DNA of 57,367 nucleotides, filler included, from Dimargaris cristalligena (Eukaryota): NCBI GenBank assembly GCA_003614675.1. It is 2 parts of 2 records of this genome, joined end to end, with 100 filler letters (N's around TTAATTAATTAA, not from the genome) between each part and the next. Parts side by side here need not be neighbours in the genome. Positions count along the whole stretch, not along the records: positions 1 to 28,678 come from ML002498.1; positions 28,779 to 57,367 come from ML002499.1. One strand, 5' to 3'. Shown piece by piece: positions 25,438 to 37,880 of this stretch (position 1 is its first letter; each line of letters starts with the position of its first letter). The notes under the pieces were generated by a model. It saw only the letters and a program-made list of their open reading frames with translations, ran no database searches and was not told where the DNA came from. The position numbers and the translations under genes were made by a program.

Positions 25438-27745
25438 TAGTTTGGGAGGCTTTTAAGCGATTCGAGAATTTTCGGACGACACTATTAATTACAGCGGCCT
25501 GTAATTATTTTTAGGCAGTTTAGTGCTTAACAATGGTGGCGATTAAACCCAACGCCTCATGAGCTGCAGTCTCCAAACTGCCCTATTTCCACCGATGAAG
25601 CGCGGGAAACTAATAACCGAAAGTGGATCTATCTATTCATCTTTAGGATCACCGTTTTTCTTATCCATTTCTCCTATACTTTTATGTTATAATTCGATAA
25701 TGTTTGATGTCCCTTATTCCTTATATACCATATACTCTAGTAGCATAGTTTAGCATCAATTTAGTCACATTCCTATACCGACGTTTCAAGTCAGCTCGAC
25801 TATATAAAGCTGGATGAGGTTCTACTACCTACCCTGTATTTCATTGGTCGATTTTATAATACACCTTTGCCAGTTAACTCGTCTATTTAAATTGCCGGCT
25901 TTTCATCTCCATTATAAAGGGAATTCCCCAACTTTATTACAGACATTCGTAAGTTCACGCTTTTGTTTTGTAAGCCATTCTAGCTACTATTAAGGTTGCC
26001 GACTACCGAAAGCCATTACTAATAGACAGATTCCATAAGGATAAAATGGCAATAAGTCCAGGTGGTGCTACAATCAGATGTGAAAATGAGTTATTGAGAT
26101 CTGTCATAACAAATAGAATAGGCGGAAAATTAGGACAGTGATCAGTATACAAGAGCGCTGATAAGATAATGCCAGTGACTAACCGTTTTGCATTATGCCT
26201 GTGAAATCGAGGGTCAATTGGGGGCCCAGTGCCAATAAGGGCGAAATTAGGAACAGTGGGGGAACCTATCACAGTGCACCCGATTGTTGTGATGTCAAGT
26301 TGATCTACATAGTCATTCTGCATGGAAGAATAACATTGGTCAGCATGAATGTGTAGTCTGGCCAACTATATATAGACCGTACACTTACAGAAAGACATTG
26401 TTGCTGAGCTGATGGTTCCTGACACGCAAGACGGCCAATCCGTACCTAACCCTGATTTTCGTTTCGGCTGGGTTTAACGGTAGGCTCAGGCGGTTTGGTT
26501 ACAGCACCACTGGGAATACATAAATACACCATGGGCCACACTCTATGCTCCTTGTTCATAAACGGTCAAATACACATGAGGACATGTCTAATAGGGGTAT
26601 ACTCACTGGTTTCGAATGTAAGTCCCAGCGCCCTACATTTAACAACTTCATTGAGGGACAGGCCAGACTGACTTTTCCGACCGCATACGCATTTAATATT
26701 ACCTAAGGGGCATAATAGGCTGGAAGATCCTCTAGGACGGGCAGACAGGTCCAAGTGGGGTGTATGCGCATATAGGGAAGCGACGGGAAGGGGGGATATA
26801 AGGGGAGGCGCGCCACGGCTTCCGGCAACGCACTTGTTTTCCTGAAGTTCATTATTTAACTTGTTGGTGGATTTCCTTTTATGGCCATCCCTCCACATTC
26901 CGCCGCTCTGGGAAATCGCCGGTGCCTGTTCCCACCAACTGACATTGGTGGGATATAATGTGTCTTGTTGAACCAAATTGGCGTCCTAACCTCTTCTCAT
27001 CTCTACCCAACTTCCGTTTCCTCGTTCTATCTGACCCTCCACCGCCCAAGCCCAAAAAAAACTACTCCTTGCTTAGCTCCGTCTTTTACTCCCCTTTAGC
27101 ATTCTATTCTATTATTTTTGTACTCTCATTCTTACTTAGCCACCTCCACTCCTCAGTGCCCTATATGCCTCTCCATTGACTTTGAACTCCGCTCTAGTTT
27201 TTTTTTTCTTATTCACTTCGCTGCCCCCTGGTCTATTCGCAATACAACACCACTGGTCTGGGTTCTCCCAGCGTTTTTACACCGGTGTCCAACCCGTGCC
27301 TTCTTGTTTAAAGACCGTCTCGTTCTATTTATTTCTACCTACACTTTTGCTTGTACCGGCTACTATTATTGTTGACCGGCGGTATTTTTGTTCTCTCTCT
27401 CTGTATGGCCTAACTGCCAGTGTCCCAATAGTTATATTGTGCCTATTGTCTGCTTAACGTTCTGTGATATAATATTATACGTCCCCAAGCCTGCGCAAGA
27501 AAACGCCTTTTGTCTGTTATTTTTACTCGAGACAGCAGTGTTTTTTTTATTAGCTCCAATATCTATATATATACTGTCTCCCATTATATAATTTGTATTT
27601 ATATCGTCACCCCAGGCGTGGCCTATTTGTGTTCTCGCTTGTATCTCTTTCTCACCAGGTACAGGCCCCACTCCCGCACCAAGTTTTTTTATTTCAGGAA
27701 CCCTCTCATTCTCCGCCACACATAGTCACGTTACAATAGACCCAG

Positions 27746-28678
27746 ATGGGTGCTATACACACGGCCTTTGTGGCCACCCTCAGCCTACCCTTTACGTTCA
27801 CATACCACAAACCCCTCCCGGCCGTCGTTAAAGAGCTCATACCCCTCCAACGCGCCACTCCCCCCGATGAGTACCTCGCGGAGGTCAAATACAACGGCTT
27901 GGGTGACACCCGAATCCACATTTTTGTAGAGGATATTCGAGCCTACTGCACATGTTTGCAAACCGATCCTGCCAGCACCACGCCGTCCTTGCGCGAAACC
28001 GACGTGCCCACCTTTGAAATCGTCTTCCGGCTCCGTTTGCTCCTTCAGCGCCGCCGCGGGTCGAGCGGGCAGCCCCCTGCCGCCCCCTTGCCTGGTCCCT
28101 CTCAGTCGACCACTGCTGGCCGGGCTAAGCTTACACAGTCACTTGATGGTGGGGTAACTGCCCCGTGGATTCGTGGCCTTCCTCCCGCCTCCACTGGAAC
28201 CCATAGTTACCGTGGTGATCTGGGTAGCAGCTCCCTGCCCGCTTTGGTTGATGCCGGTCCACCCCCACCCCCTCCTCCCCGTCCACCGACTAGTCGCTCT
28301 CGTGTTTCTGTGCTAACTTCCCGCTCGGCCACATCCAATTATTCGACGGGCTCCCAGAATTCTACCATCAGCTTACCCCGGAAATCCAGCCTGCAAAACA
28401 TTAATATCAACCCCACGTCCGCCTCGGAACTGCTAAAGCCCCCGCCCCCTATTGACCGAGTGCCACCTCGCCCCAACCGGCCCACCATGCCCTTTCGATT
28501 AGTCCCTGCCAAAATTGTGCGTCTTAACTCTCTGACAGCTGCGGGTACTGGCTTAGTCGCGTCTCCCACTTCGCACCTATCCTCGTTAGCGACCGAACCA
28601 CCGGGTCTCCCCGTACCGGAGCCTCTAGGGTCAGCTAGACTATCGAGTATCTCAGCGAAAAGCGGCTCACTCAACCCA
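27746..28678 (+). CDS. Hypothetical protein, 3'-truncated by the assembly gap; globular N-terminal part then Pro/Ser-rich disordered region
   Basis: GC-rich, CpG-retaining open frame of >310 codons running into the Ns. The 5' end may be an internal exon (TAG ending 27739). Confidence 0.65.
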
Positions 28679-28778
28679 NNNNNNNNNNNNNNNNNNNNNN
28701 NNNNNNNNNNNNNNNNNNNNNNTTAATTAATTAANNNNNNNNNNNNNNNNNNNNNNNNNNNNNNNNNNNNNNNNNNNN
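28679..28778. other. Artificial contig/scaffold linker (N44-TTAATTAATTAA-N44)
   Basis: Exactly 100 nt, symmetric Ns around a palindromic 12-mer that puts stops in all six frames. Confidence 0.95.
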
Positions 28779-31633
28779 CCTCTTGGAACAGCAAGTCTAT
28801 CACCACCTTTCCCTTTTTATCACCTATCTTTTTGAATAAAGTTCAGTTTTCAAGGATTTGAGTTCAGTTCTTTACACCCAGAATGCCTACCTCACCAAAG
28901 TGGACATCAAGGATACCTATTTAACAGTACCTATCTATATGGATTCCCACAGTTACCTGTCTATCCAATTGGGGGACCAGGTATTCCAGTACCAGTCACT
29001 ACTATTTAGCCGTACTATGGCCCCCCAGGTATTTTTACATATTATAAAAGTGGCCATTGAACCATTATATACCCAGGGGATTGTCCTGTCCTATTACCTG
29101 GACAACATTGCTATTATTTCACCCACTTACTCACAGGCCCAGGCTAATCTGGCCACAATACTCAATCATCTCCAAACTCTGGGATTTCCCATCAACTGGA
29201 AGAAGTCAGTCCTTACTCCAGCCCAGGTCATGGAATTTCTGGGTATGACCATCAATACCCAGTAAATGAAGGTTCTATTACCTCCAAGGAAATGCAAATC
29301 AATTTAGTGGATATGTAGGTACTTGAAAATTAAATCACTACCAGCCCGGAAAGTGGCCTTAGTCCTGGGAATATTAACATTGACCCTACCAGATATTCCG
29401 AATGGATTAATCCATCTGCAGGAATTATAATGGTGCCTCATCAGGCAGAACAAAACCTGGAAAGAATTAAGCATTCTCACTCCAGTGGCAATCCAGGAAC
29501 TCAACAGGGGGTATTACCAGGCCCAGCTCTACATGGGGAAGCTGGTACATCTCCCCAATACAACCACCATAACCATCTATAGCAATGCATTGGACACTGG
29601 GTATGGAATAGTAGCCCCAGGATTAAGTCAAGTGGGGCTCTGGACCCCGGAGAAATAGCTGATGTCCAGCAAATGGAAGGAACTGCAGGTGACCTATTTG
29701 ACCTTAATCCAGTTACCCCCACAGGTCCACCATTAGGCAGTACTATTGAAAACTAACAATACCACTGTCCTGAAATATATCAACTACCAGGGTGGGTCCC
29801 AGGTCCCAGCCCTCCAATTTCTAGCCCTCAAAATCAACAACAAACTAGTGCACTGGAATCTAACACTAATGGGGACCTATATTCTGGGGATAACCAACAC
29901 CGAGGCCAATCAATTGAGTCAGCAGGCACCAGCATGTCACAAAATGCAGCTACCCCGCTGGGTATTCCAGCTGCTTAACCAGTGGTGGGGTCCATTCAAC
30001 ATTGACCTATTTGCCAGTCCCATCAACCACCAGTTGCCCAGGTACTACCACTTATACTATGTGGGGGACAGTTCACTGAGGGACGCGTATCAGTACCCTT
30101 GGCCTTGGGAAAACGGCTATGCCTTTCCACCCTGGAATTAGGTCCACCGAGTAATCAATTGGGTCTACCAGGAAAAGATAACCCTAGCCCTGATAACCCC
30201 ATTTTGGTGGATACAGTCATGGTATCCCCGCCTATTACCAATGATTGTGGACCAACCCCAGGTTATCCGGACTCCCCACCTCCTGCTAATCACTTGGAAG
30301 ATATCCGGAAAATGTTGGTACAGCAGGGTATACCACAGGCAGCTGCCACCAGTATCTGCAATGGGCTCCGGGAAAACACCAATAAGGCCTACCAATATGC
30401 CTGGCAATAATTTGCCCATTGGTATATACAACAGGAAAAGGATCACTGCTACCCTTATTCCATAACATTACTCGATTACTTGTCCGAGTTAATCCAATCT
30501 TCGAGTATTCATATCATCAAGCTTCATAAAGCTGCAATTATTTCCACTTGGGAAACCGGGTACCCGGACTGTGCAGTTTCCAAGCACCGCCATTTAAATC
30601 TTTTCATTTGAAGTTGAAGCTGTAAGGTTATACCCAAAGAAAAACCACCGATTTGGAAGGTAGGGCAACTGGTTGACTATCTTGCCGAACTTCCCAGTAC
30701 CAACGAGTTGCCCTGGTATAAATACAGCCAGAAGGTCGTTGCACTACTGTGGTTATCCACCATGTGGCGCCCCCGGAGTGACTTTGCCCAGGTAACAATT
30801 GATAACATCAAGGTATCTCGCATATCTGGTAAGCCAGATGTCCTAACCATTACCGCCTATTATATTAAAGAAGGCCAGCAAAAGTGCATTACGATTGAGG
30901 CCCTTGAACATAACCATGGGCTATGTCCCATTCGAAATACTCTAGCCTACATTGAGCAATCTCTCCCCTGGCGTTGCCCGGGCCATCGGGCCCTATTTAT
31001 CACCAGAAAGGGTACCAATGCGTCAACGGATACCCTTGGAAACTGGGTGAAGCACCTGCTGGGGGAGGTGAAGATCGATATGGATATATTCTCGGCCCAT
31101 TCCATCTGCGTGGCCTCGGCCACTGCCACCCACCAGCTCGGATTTAGTCAGGATGAAATCGTGGGGGCCACCAACTGGCGGGTCTGGACTACATTTTTGA
31201 ATTATTACAATCGGCCTAGTCCCCATGATAGTGTATCTCGGTCCATCCTAACGAATTATTCCCATGATGAAAGGCATAACTCAGATTAAACGAGCCGGGC
31301 GATGTTTAATTGTCCGGTTATGTCTTTCATCACTGATCCCGCCCGCTTATGGCAATATTATTTTATTATATATATTTATTATCCTACTACTTAGTACTTC
31401 TGGTGATATTTTAGTCTACTTATACTTCTCAAGGGGATTCAACCCTTGGATTCCCTGCCCAAATCAATTTATTCTTTGTGTCTAGTCCAAAAGGGTCTAA
31501 GGCTACCAGTGAGGCAGGCCCGATCCATATATATGGGTATGAGCGCTCATATGGACGAAAAAATTACTAAATAAAGGAGTGCGCGGCCTCAAAAGCCGCC
31601 GTTCCCATGATGAAAGGAATAACCGGACAATTA
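28779..31633 (+). mobile_element. Degenerate DIRS1-type retrotransposon, copy 2 (5' truncated at gap; RT, RNase H, MT-like, YR, 3' terminal repeats)
   Basis: RT KVDIKDTY...YYLDN...GFPINWKKS...EFLGM. RNase H TNNTTVLKYINYQGGS...NTEANQLS. MT-like IDLFAS...YAFPPW. YR MWRPRSD...LCPI...SAHSIC...NW..WTTFLNYYNR. Repeats at 31259-31332 and 31602-31633. Confidence 0.92.
31259..31633. repeat. Direct + inverted repeat array at DIRS copy 2 3' end (ICR/terminal-repeat-like)
   Basis: TTCCCATGATGAAAGG(C/A)ATAAC at 31259-31280 and 31602-31623. 31307-31332 is the reverse complement of 31608-31633 with 2 mismatches in 26. Confidence 0.85.
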
Positions 31634-33305
31634 TCTGAAGGAAGGTCAGCAGGAATTAGAAACACATAAAAGGCCGCGTCCTCAAGGGAGCGGATATAAG
31701 CCACATCAATAGACCACTACATTAAACTTAACAATTCTTAGTTTCCCATGGCACGGTACCTGACAACCCTTAATATGCTAAGCGTCCACACCAATGTGCT
31801 TTTATTGACTACACATTAGCAGGTGTCTTAACCAATACTACTCAATAGACGCGGGAGATAAGAGGGCAGTAACAAACTGTGCCAATGCACACTTGCCATC
31901 GATTGGGTTAACATATGGGAGTGTATTAGTGAGGTCAGGGGAGATATAAACTAGGAAATAAATAGGTTACGCCCTAATTGGGCGTGTAAACACACCCTGA
32001 TTGCACCTGCAAGTTATCGTAAAGGAAATAGTGGAAGCACCAGTTGGAGTTTGTTGGCATCCAAATAACTTGGGTGGGAATGTACAAGAGTCTTTGTATC
32101 AGTGTTCGAGTGTAAATACTGGAGTCCAATGATTCCAGCTGGGAGTGTAATATAAGATACTCATAGTACCAGATGTAACTATGGAAATGTGCTATGGCAC
32201 AATGGTATTGATTAGAGGTGAGATACACATAAGGGTCTCAGCCCTATTAGGCCAGATTAGCCAGTACAGCATATACTACTATCCCTCCTACTTACAGAGG
32301 CATTTCTTATTAAATAGGACCAGGGCTGGAACTGGAGCTAAGTTTACGGCGGTTGCTACCATATGTTTACTTAGCAAGTATGGACAGTATCCAGATAATG
32401 CCTAATACTTTTTTTAAATTAAGACACATAGTAAATCCCCTACTGCATAGCTGTATGTCTAAATATTTAGATGATCACCCTGGCGTTCTACTGCAATAGA
32501 TATATCTAATAACTTTCAAGAATTATAAGTTACCAGTGCTCACTAAATACCCCTACCTTAAACTATTTTTACTAACTGTACCTCGGGCTGCTCATTATAT
32601 TTATAAAAATTGGTGGTGTAAAGTATAGTGATCAGTTCCATAATGTGGCCTTACGGGGGAATCGTCTACGGTTTATATTTTCGGGCCCAAGGGAAAAAGT
32701 ATTTATTTGAGGTTGTTTGGTACTATGTGGGTTATTATTTTGTACCTAATGGTAAGCTATTGGGGATTCAGTGTCTGGGACATTCGCTCTATATCATTAC
32801 CCGGCACCCATTAACTAATCATTCAGCCACATATCTAACTTCGCGTCTTCGTAATGTTTAATAGAGACTGGGGTCTATACCATCTACACCTGGGTAAACA
32901 TTGCCTCTATTAGTCATACAAAGGCCCGGCAACTATCTAATTTACTTGAACTCATTATCATCTTTCGGGCATAATAATTATTGTGTTAAATTATCCAAAG
33001 CAGAATTTATTGAATTTTAGATATGCGAATTAAACCGCACTTCTCACTGTAGGGTACTGTGAATCAAGTAACATGAGTGATAGCCGAGCATAAGCCCAGT
33101 TGTTCATATAGTAATCATCATATATATATATATATATATGTATAGAAAAAGAAATGTACACAGAGAACGAAAATTTACAAAGGGTGCCACAGCAGGGGAA
33201 CGGGAGTACTGCTGCTGGCCTAGGAACAAAAGCGGAAATGTTTTGGGGTATATAACGGTGGTGGCAGCTGGCCTAGCGAAGCGAAGTTATCGGTCAGTAA
33301 TTTTC

Positions 33306-33614
33306 CTACTGCTGGCCGGCAGCTTTGGCGGCCTTTCGCTTATCACGCCACTGACGGTAACCCTTGACCAATTTGTTACCACCGTACAGACCGGCAACAC
33401 CACCAACGACGGTACCAACACCGGGGAGGAGGGCTGAGCCCGCAGCAGCACCGGCCAAACCGGCCCCAACCCTGGTCAGACCGGAGCGGAACCAGCGCTT
33501 CTGCAGATGGGGCTGGTGGCCGGCACTGTCTTCGGCAGTGGCGGGGTTAGCGTGAACCATGGACACGGTACCAATGGCGGCCAGGACAAGAGCGAGGGAG
33601 GGCAGAAGCTTCAT
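33306..33614 (-). CDS. Small secreted prepropeptide with Kex2-type KR site and cationic glycine-zipper mature part, 102 aa
   Basis: Signal MKLLPSLALVLAAIGTVSMVHA, pro-piece ending HLQKR, then GxxxG repeats. CCACCATG start context as in QCR8 and VPS21 here; pyrimidine-ending codon bias; TATAAATA upstream. Confidence 0.85.
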   Translation of the reverse strand: MKLLPSLALVLAAIGTVSMVHANPATAEDSAGHQPHLQKRWFRSGLTRVGAGLAGAAAGSALLPGVGTVVGGVAGLYGGNKLVKGYRQWRDKRKAAKAAGQQ

Positions 33615-33797
33615 GGTGGGGGCGAAGGAGGAAGAGAGTGGTGTGGGAAGGACAGGTAGTGCAACAGGTTCCTTGGCTAGGTAGGGTAGAGTGAAGTGGA
33701 GAGTGGAAAGACTGTAAAGCTACAGGGGGTGGTAGGGAGAAGAGGGTGAGAGAAAGGTGGTGATAGTTTTGGTCGGAAAAGGGGGTGGGCGGTAGGG

Positions 33798-33805
33798 TAT
33801 TTATA
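33798..33805 (-). promoter_or_regulatory. Putative TATA box of the glycine-zipper peptide gene
   Basis: TATAAATA on the minus strand ~185 nt upstream of ATG 33614, followed by a CT-rich leader. Confidence 0.5.
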
Positions 33806-35294
33806 GGGAAAATGGAGGCCGTGTTAAATAGGTTTGGACGAGCGAGGGACAAATGGCCTTACCAGCTAAATTTCACCCTTAATATTTTATTACACATATC
33901 ATATAGATACAATCCCTTTGAATTCGTATATTTAATATATTTATCACTATCTAAGGGCCAAGGTCTTCCAATCGATCCAGCCACCTATCTCTGCACGAGG
34001 TCTAGGCATTAGAGTCGCGGAGCCCAGTGATTATTATTTTTTGGATAGTACAATACCCCAATATGCATCTCCTCCTTCAGGCTATTCAGTTCACATATGT
34101 TAATTTAATATAATATAAAGAAGGTAGAGGGGGTAAACCCTCAGCCGGTTCGCTGTGCATTCAAATGAGATTAAAGCCACCATCGGCTTTGGGACGGTCC
34201 CAGGTTTACAATGAATTCACATTTCGTCGGCCCTTGCGCCTCTTGAACCGATTTGTTATTTTAAAGGGGGGTATGGAAAGGGCAAGGGAAGGGGAAAGGT
34301 AGAAAAAGGGGGGAGAAGGCCAGATCTCTTAAATTGGAGGACAACGGGTGGGTTACCCAACCCACTCGCTTATTAAGGAATGTTCAAAAGGGGAAGCAGT
34401 CTTTTGCGACTATACTCTCCCCCCCTGCCCTTCTCTTTTATCATGCCAATTATAGCCTACTACTAATGATGTTAAGAGACTGGACCGAGAAGGTGCAACA
34501 CCAACACAGGGCAAAGGCAGCGTCCCGCTCCCGCTTCTTTTAACAGCAGCTCCTACAATAGCTATCTTTGCTGGTTTTATTCCTTAGTCGTTAGATGGTC
34601 TGCAATAAAACAGCGTCAGTCAATCCAAGTGCTAGCTTTCATGCCGCTTTGGTATTTCTAATTGCAGTAGAAATTTAATTTATTACCGATAAACAAGACA
34701 GTCGGGCCTTTACTCTGGTTAAAAATTTTATACGTGCTTTAGCCAATTATTCGGTCAAAAATGTAATAGGCAGGATGCCATCGAATGGTATTGTAAACCT
34801 ATTGGATTGTTATTTTTATTCAAATTTAGCCCATTTCTCAACCAGGTCTAACACAACCAGTATAATCTTGCCCTGACAAATACCCAACTAGGTTCATCGG
34901 TTGAATATGCATTTTCATATCCATACTAAAATTACAACGCATAGACTTAATATTAAGTAAAATTGTACACTGGCGCATTGCCAGTCAGTCTCGGGCTTGT
35001 TTAAGCATTTATACATGGTGCTGAGCATGGCAGGGTCAGGCAATATAGTAAATTACAGGGACGGCCAGAAAAATCAGCGCTATTATAGTCAGTGGGTTTT
35101 GCGGCGAAATGATCCGCGCGAGAAATAGGCGGGTGAAGGAGCGGATAGACCAAAGGGTAGAAAGATGAGTGGGTGGGTTAGTTGCCGATAAGCATATAAT
35201 TAATTCATTTTTAAAGATAAACGACATTTTAGAATCTACGAGGCTGACCACCCAGGGTGGGCATAGGCGGCCGATCCGTTAGATACGGATGTAT

Positions 35295-36934
35295 TTATTT
35301 TACCTTGGCCTTATTCATATTAGGGTCTCGACTATCTTCCGTCACGATTCTTCTTTTGGGATAGGAGGCATTCTGCACCGACAGGCACCTGATAAAATAA
35401 AGCAGGGTTATTGGTAAGGTATAGAGGTTGAATGATAAGCCCGCCACGTGAGATTGTTAGTACTCTTTCAGACCGGAGTTTTAGTCCAAGAGGCGAGGGG
35501 GTGGTCCAACCTATAACAAAATATATTCAAACTTACCGAAGGGCGGGCTTGGGCTCTTCCTGGAAGTATTGATGGTTTAGGGCGTCCTCGGCAGTTATAC
35601 GCCGTTCCGGATCATACTCGAGCAAGGCTGAGAGTAAATTAAAAGCGGATTCGGGGTATTTCTTGGGTATATTTTGGAACCAAGACTTCAGCGAGTTTTG
35701 GTATCTAGAGATGATTAGGGTAAATGGTGAGTATATATTGCTGTGCGTTTAGGCCCAATAAGTCAGTCAGCAACCAGTAGTTAAGGAAAAACCGCCTGAG
35801 GAGACCCGCCCCAAGACAAATCTGGTGTCTACTGTGAACCAGGTTGTATAGAGTCTGAGCCACTCTCATTTGGCTACAAAGGGGATGGTTTTCAACTTAC
35901 GTGCGAAACCCGCTTAGGTGGGAATAGTCGGGCAAGGCATTGATTTTCGGCCAGCGCTCCTCTATGTATATATATATAAGTGTAAACAATCGGAAACAAA
36001 AGTCAATGGCCAGCGTCAGGGCAAATGGGGTTAGAAAAAATCACAAGTATACCACGAATAATGCGCCCGTTGGGATTTCGCCGGGAGATACGAGGTATAT
36101 CCACCGAATGGGGCATACTAAAGTAAACTGCAACTTACGTGTGGGGTTGCCCAAGAGTTCGAATATCTTGGTGAGCTGGTTCTTTTGGAACGGAACCCCC
36201 TTTTTTTGGTCCATTTTAGCCTCCTCGCCCTTAAAGATGGGCCGCAGGGCCATCATCTCAGCAAAGATACAGCCAATCGCCCACAGGTCGATGGCCTTGG
36301 TGTAATGCCGGGCGCCGAGGAGCAATTCGGGGGCACGGTACCAGACGGTGACGACGACCTTATCCCCGTTGTACAACGGCTGCAGGGGCCGCTGGAAAAT
36401 GCGGGCCAGCCCCAAATCGCCGACCTTGATGATGCCCTCGGAAGTAATGAGGATATTAGCGGGTTTCAAGTCCCGGTGCAGTACCCAGTTGGAGTGCAAG
36501 TACACCATACCGTTGAGCAACTGCCACAGGAACGACTTGATAATAAAGTCGGGGATGGGGGCCCGCATGATCTGGTGGTGGTGGTGGGTGATTTGGAGCA
36601 AATCGTACTCGGTGTACCCGAGCACCATGTTGAGGCACTTGTCTTCGAGAATCACCTCGTATAGCTTCACCACATTGTCGTGTTGCAATTCGCGGCAGAG
36701 CGCGATCTCCCGACACGCCGACTGGGAAATGCCCGTGGTCATGATGGTCTCGCCCTCCTTTTCGGACTTGAACTGCTTGATGGCGTACTCTTCCTTGTCC
36801 GCCTTGTTGCGGGACCGCGCCTTGTATACCCGCCCGTAGGTGCCCGAGCTGATAAACCCCAGGATTTCGTACTTGTCGGTCATTTTGACCAGCGTCTGCT
36901 CGCGTCGCAGTCGGTAGGCTTGGAGCATGCTCAT
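35295..36934 (-). CDS. SSN3: Cyclin-dependent kinase 8 (Mediator kinase Ssn3/Srb10); exons 36934-36139, 35961-35901, 35704-35537, 35388-35295, ~372 aa
   Basis: [16 protein letters not shown] cyclin-binding helix, [30 protein letters not shown]. Downstream exons give [16 protein letters not shown] and YPKRRI. All three introns are GTAAG..AG and in frame. A further 3' exon is possible. Confidence 0.95.
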
Positions 36935-37880
36935 GGTAATGTGCGGGTGGAATCCAATAAGCGAATGCGCAAATGTGTATGTATGTGTGTGTGTGTGTGT
37001 ATTGGAGGGGGCGGGAGTATACGATGCGAGGAAATCAAGAGTGGAATGGTGCAGAGGTATTCGGCAGTAAGTTTAAGGAGATGGAATGAGCGGAAGTAGG
37101 AGGACGACTGCTAACTGTGGCTGAAGGATAGTATGCCTTGGTCTAGAGTATTAAACTGGTTTGGGTTGACTGTCGCTGGTGTGTTTAATAGTGTCTTTTA
37201 AGGCTAGATGGTATAATATGAGTATCTGTAATCGGCCTGGACTAAATGGGACCTGCATGCTGCCCGGTCAACTCAAGTAGGAGGCTGCCGTTGGGTTTAG
37301 CGTGGTCAACTGTCGGATATATCCATAATCCGTATAATTACCCAGAGGGTAAAGGGTTACTATAATGCCTGCTTTTCCGCGTGTACCGGCTGCTCTGGTC
37401 ACCACCACCATCATGTATTTACTTGTAAACTCCAGTATGTATATAGCTCCTATCGTTAATAAAAAGTGGTGTAGGTACAGCTCTAATGAAACCGATTTTA
37501 TAGGGTTCTAATCATGGAATATCGTTACGGGTACGGCGAAATTCAAAAAGCCAAAGAGGTGCAGGTAAAAAGCACGGCATAAGGGCGAGGGGGGGTCTAA
37601 CTACCTGCAATATTTATACCTGAAATACTCTGGATTGCTACTACCACACCGACCACCACAGATATGTATATGGGGGGGCAAGGGGTTAAATAATCACAAC
37701 AGTGAAAAAAAAAATTGAGAGAAAGACAGAGAGAGAGATATATATATAAAAAAGGGAAATGACTAAGCGGATGGCGAATCCCGAAAATCGAGGGGCATGG
37801 ATAAATAATGGCAAAGGCGTCTTCTTTTATATTCTTCTCTCTCGGCATCCGTGACAAAAGCAGATCTAGGGTTTATGATT

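Noticed and set aside
28679-28778. TTAATTAATTAA palindrome within Ns; apparent adjacency of the 27746 ORF and DIRS copy 2
   Set aside because: Synthetic all-frame-stop linker; nothing can be concluded about linkage across it.
31974-32405. Short ORFs with splice-like signals downstream of DIRS copy 2; similar fragments at 9130-10014 and 15650-15850
   Set aside because: Could be pseudogene remnants, but no consistent frame or identifiable homology by eye.
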